DNA of 29,452 bases from Chloroflexota bacterium (GTDB lineage: Bacteria; Chloroflexota; Anaerolineae; J102). This document shows positions 26,213 through 29,452 of this stretch, piece after piece. The DNA lies in NCBI GenBank assembly GCA_024276255.1, contig JAJRXO010000126.1, forward strand, positions 1-29,452. Direction: 5' to 3'. The position numbers and the translations under genes were made by a program. Below the pieces are notes generated by a model, which saw only the letters and a list, made by a program, of their open reading frames with translations, searched no databases and was not told the DNA's origin. The first letter of the stretch is position 1. Each line of letters starts with the position of its first letter.

Positions 26213-27661
26213 ATGAGCAACGGCTATCCCCGCATTGCCCGTCTGCGCACCCCGGACCTGTTTCGCAATCGCATCGAGGAGCTGGGAATCCACCTGCCCT
26301 TTGATGAAACGGTTAGCCCCGCCCCCGATGGCCCGCTGGCCCAACCCTACACGTTAAAAAACGGTCGCATCATCGGTAATCGCTTTGCCGTACACCCCAT
26401 GGAAGGCTGGGACGGAACGATCGACGGCCTGCCCACCGTGTACACCCGTCGGCGATGGGCCAACTTTGGCAAGAGCGGCGGCAAGCTGATCTGGGGAGGG
26501 GAGGCCGTGGCTGTGCGCCATGACGGGCGCGCCAACCCCAACCAGTTGCTGATGGCAGAGCGGAATCTGAGTGGTTTTGCTGCGCTACACCGCACCCTGG
26601 TGGACGCGCATCGCCAGGCACATGGCCGCACCGATGATCTGCTGATAGGCCTGCAACTGACCCACTCTGGCCGCTTTGCCCGCCCCAACATCAAAACCCG
26701 CCTCGAACCCAAGATACTCTACCATCATCCCCTGCTGGACAGGCTCTTTCACGTGGACCCAGAGTTGCCTGTGCTCACGGATGGCGAGATCGATGATCTG
26801 ATCGGCGATTTTGTGCAGGCGGCGAAGCTGGCAGCCTCGGTCGGCTTTGATTTCGTGGATATCAAGCATTGCCACGGCTATCTGGGACACGAGTTTCTCA
26901 GCGCCTACGCTCGGCCGGGGCGTTATGGCGGCAGCCTTGAGAATCGCACTCGCTTCTTGCGGGAGATCGTGGCGGGCATCCGCCGCGAGGTGCCCGAACT
27001 GATGATCGGTGTGCGCATCAGCGCCTTTGATTTCCCGCCCTTCCGGCCGGGCCCCGACGGCCGCGGAGTGCCGCTATGGTTGGACGACAAGGAGGGGTTG
27101 TATCCCTTCGGCTTCGGCGCCGATCATGATGATCCCTTCCAGGTAGCCATCGACGAGATCCTGGAATTCTTGCAACTGCTGCAGGCGTTGGACATCGAGC
27201 TGGTTAATCTTTCGTGCTGCAGTCCCTATTACAATCCTCATTTCATGCGTCCTGCCTACTTCCCTCCCTCCGACGGTTACCTGCCCCCCGAAGATCCGCT
27301 GGTGGGCGTGGCCCGACAGATCAATGTGGTCGCTTCGCTCAAGGAACACATGCCCGATTTAGCCATGGTGGGCACGGGCTACAGCTATCTGCAGGAGTGG
27401 CTGCCTAACGTGGCGCAATACGTGGTGCGTACCGGCATGGTGGATTTTGTGGGCCTGGGGCGCATGATCCTGGCTTATCCTGAGATGCCAGCGGACGTGC
27501 TGGCCGGCCGGGAACTGGCCCGCAAGCGCATCTGTCGTACCTTTAGCGATTGCACGACGGCCCCCCGCAATGGCCTGATATCGGGCTGCTATCCCCTGGA
27601 CGATTTTTACAAATCGCTGCCGGAAGCGATTCGCTTAAAGGAGGCCAAGCACAAAGCATAA
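26213..27661 (+). CDS. NADH:flavin oxidoreductase, Old Yellow Enzyme-like
   Basis: [42 protein letters not shown]. Confidence 0.9.
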   Translation: MSNGYPRIARLRTPDLFRNRIEELGIHLPFDETVSPAPDGPLAQPYTLKNGRIIGNRFAVHPMEGWDGTIDGLPTVYTRRRWANFGKSGGKLIWGGEAVAVRHDGRANPNQLLMAERNLSGFAALHRTLVDAHRQAHGRTDDLLIGLQLTHSGRFARPNIKTRLEPKILYHHPLLDRLFHVDPELPVLTDGEIDDLIGDFVQAAKLAASVGFDFVDIKHCHGYLGHEFLSAYARPGRYGGSLENRTRFLREIVAGIRREVPELMIGVRISAFDFPPFRPGPDGRGVPLWLDDKEGLYPFGFGADHDDPFQVAIDEILEFLQLLQALDIELVNLSCCSPYYNPHFMRPAYFPPSDGYLPPEDPLVGVARQINVVASLKEHMPDLAMVGTGYSYLQEWLPNVAQYVVRTGMVDFVGLGRMILAYPEMPADVLAGRELARKRICRTFSDCTTAPRNGLISGCYPLDDFYKSLPEAIRLKEAKHKA

Positions 27662-29259
27662 TGCAAATCATCTCATCAGCACAAGCTGCAAGCCTGCTCC
27701 AGGATGGCGATACCCTCCTGATCGGCGGCTCGGGCGGCGGTCATGCCGTGCCTGAGTCCCTCATTGTTGCTCTGGCTGAACGTTTTCAGGCCGAAGGGCG
27801 GCCCCGCAATCTCACCTTGCTGCACCCGGTGGGTTTGGGCGACATGGATAGCCGGGGTGTGGACAGATTGGCGGGGAAAGGCCTGCTCAAGCGCATTGTT
27901 ACCGGTGCCCTGGTCAATACACCCGCCATTCAGCGCATGGCCCGCGCAGACCTCATCGAGGCCTACACCCTGCCGCAGGGCGCGCTCTCCCAGCTCATGC
28001 GCGAGATGGCGGCCGGACGGCCCGGCCTGCTCTCGCATGTGGGCTTGCACACCTTTGTCGATCCCCGGTATGGCGGCGGCCGCCAGAGCCCTTCAGCCAG
28101 AGAAGATCTGGTGGAATTGGTGGAGCTGGCCGGCGGGGAGTGGCTGTTCTACAAGCCCATTTCCGTGGATGTGGCCTTTTTACGGGGCACCACGGCTGAC
28201 GAGGATGGCAACGTGACCATGGAGAAAGAGGCGGTCTTTGGCGAGATGCTATCCATGGCGCAGGCAACCCGGCGCTACGGCGGCGTGGTTATCGCGCAGG
28301 TCGAACGCCTTGCCCAACGCCACACCTTGCCCCCCAAGCAGGTAAAGATCCCTGGCATGCTGGTTGATCTGGTAGTCGTCGATCCACAGCAACGACAGAC
28401 CTACGTTACTGACTACAGCCCTGCCTACGCCGGCGAGTTGCGTGTTCCCCTGCAAGATATCCCGTCCCTGCCTTTCGATGCCCGTAAGGTGATTGCCCGT
28501 CGGGCCGCCATGGAGCTCTTTCCCGGCGCTGTGTGCAATCTGGGAGCCGGTGTCTCGACCGGTATTGCCAACATCGCCGCCGAGGAGGGCTTTCTCGACC
28601 AGATCATCCTCACCAACGAGCAGGGCCTGATCGGTGGGGCTCCGGCTTCGGGAGTAGATGCGGGCGCTGCCGTCAATTACGATGCCATTGTGGACCAGCC
28701 CTATCAGTTTGATTTTTACGATGGCGGCGGCCTGGACCTGGCTTTCCTCTCCTTTGCCCAGGTCGATGCCGAGGGCAGCGTCAATATCAGCCGTTTTGGC
28801 GACCGCATCATCGGCATCGGTGGCTTCCAGAACATCGCTCAAAACGCCAAGACCGTGATCTTCAGCGGCACCTTCACCGCCGGGGGACTGGATATCACCT
28901 GGGAGCAGGGCCGCACCGTGATTCGCCGTGAGGGCCGCCATGCCAAATTTGTGGGGCAGCTCGAGCAGGTATCCTACAACGGCGCCTATGCTGCTTCGCT
29001 GGGACAGAATGTGCTCTTCGTCAGCGAGCGGGCCGTGTTTCGTCGCCAACGCCAGGGCATGGTTCTGGTGGAGATCGCGCCCGGTGTGGATCTACAGCGG
29101 GATGTGCTCGCTCACATGGCTTTTCGTCCCCTGATTTCGCCTCAGTTGCGGTTGATGGATGAACGCTTATTCCGGCCCGAGCTGATGAACTACGCCCCCA
29201 CGCTACTGGCCAAACCCCGGATCAACCTGCCTGCCCGGTTGCGAAACCTGATAACGTAA
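27661..29259 (+). CDS. Family I fused acyl-CoA:acetate/3-ketoacid CoA-transferase (YdiF/Pct-like)
   Basis: YTLPQG, GLHTFVDPR, NLGAG, catalytic ExGxxG (EQGLIG), YDGGGLD, GGFQNI. Start ATG 27661 overlaps the OYE stop (TAATG). Confidence 0.92.
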   Translation: MQIISSAQAASLLQDGDTLLIGGSGGGHAVPESLIVALAERFQAEGRPRNLTLLHPVGLGDMDSRGVDRLAGKGLLKRIVTGALVNTPAIQRMARADLIEAYTLPQGALSQLMREMAAGRPGLLSHVGLHTFVDPRYGGGRQSPSAREDLVELVELAGGEWLFYKPISVDVAFLRGTTADEDGNVTMEKEAVFGEMLSMAQATRRYGGVVIAQVERLAQRHTLPPKQVKIPGMLVDLVVVDPQQRQTYVTDYSPAYAGELRVPLQDIPSLPFDARKVIARRAAMELFPGAVCNLGAGVSTGIANIAAEEGFLDQIILTNEQGLIGGAPASGVDAGAAVNYDAIVDQPYQFDFYDGGGLDLAFLSFAQVDAEGSVNISRFGDRIIGIGGFQNIAQNAKTVIFSGTFTAGGLDITWEQGRTVIRREGRHAKFVGQLEQVSYNGAYAASLGQNVLFVSERAVFRRQRQGMVLVEIAPGVDLQRDVLAHMAFRPLISPQLRLMDERLFRPELMNYAPTLLAKPRINLPARLRNLIT

Positions 29260-29297
29260 AATCAGCCGTCTCTGCCCTTTCATGAGGAAAAAACAGT

Positions 29298-29452
29298 ATG
29301 GATACAAAAGTCGAATCCGAAGCGATTGCCGTCAGCTATCCGCGCGAGGGCGTGGCCCTGATTCAGATCCAGTCCAAACCGCTGGGCGTACTGCGTTTTG
29401 GCGTCAAGCAGGCGCTGCTCGCCCGCCTGCTTGAACTGGAGTCGGTTAAGAA
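29298..29452 (+). CDS. Probable enoyl-CoA hydratase/isomerase (crotonase) N-terminus, partial
   Basis: Hand translation MDTKVESEAIAVSYPREGVALIQIQSKPLGVLRFGVKQALLARLLELESVK; GAGGA RBS; resembles the crotonase N-terminal pattern; only 51 aa visible. Confidence 0.55.
   Translation, partial: MDTKVESEAIAVSYPREGVALIQIQSKPLGVLRFGVKQALLARLLELESVK

Noticed and set aside
1-29452. CRISPR arrays, IS elements or integrases, tRNA/rRNA genes, defence systems
   Set aside because: No spaced direct-repeat arrays, transposase or recombinase motifs, or structural RNA signatures were seen by eye; this was not a computed search.

Overview
GC-rich bacterial window, probably Chloroflexota (Anaerolineae/Caldilineae-like; inferred only from lipoprotein substrate-binding proteins with Pro/Thr/Val/Glu-rich linkers). 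It is a single divergent catabolic locus centred on two GntR-family regulators that share a 125-bp region with face-to-face sigma70-type promoters. The left arm (~21.5 kb, all minus strand) encodes: GntR, an MtaA/CmuA-like Zn methyltransferase-fold protein, two translationally coupled MLE-type enolase-superfamily enzymes, an NMT1/THI5-type ABC transporter, a CPCG cupin, an NCS1-like permease, two Gfo/Idh/MocA oxidoreductases, an IolE-like TIM-barrel enzyme, a second URO-D-fold protein, an MR-type sugar-acid dehydratase, a carbohydrate ABC transporter without ATPase, a D-2-hydroxyacid dehydrogenase, IclR, and a divergent KdgK-like kinase that is missing from the ORF track. The right arm (plus strand) encodes: FadR-type regulator, GH88 unsaturated glucuronyl hydrolase, SDR, KdgK, Eda/KdgA, an OYE-like flavin oxidoreductase, a family I CoA-transferase, and the start of a probable crotonase. 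Overall it looks like an unsaturated-uronate/sugar-acid catabolic regulon without KduI, with unexplained methyltransferase-fold, heterocycle-type transport and CoA-dependent modules. The most notable non-coding signal is an orphan extended anti-16S (STAB-SD-like) motif upstream of both binding-protein genes, each of which is also followed by a strong hairpin. No mobile elements, CRISPR arrays or RNA genes were seen. All substrate assignments are inferences.
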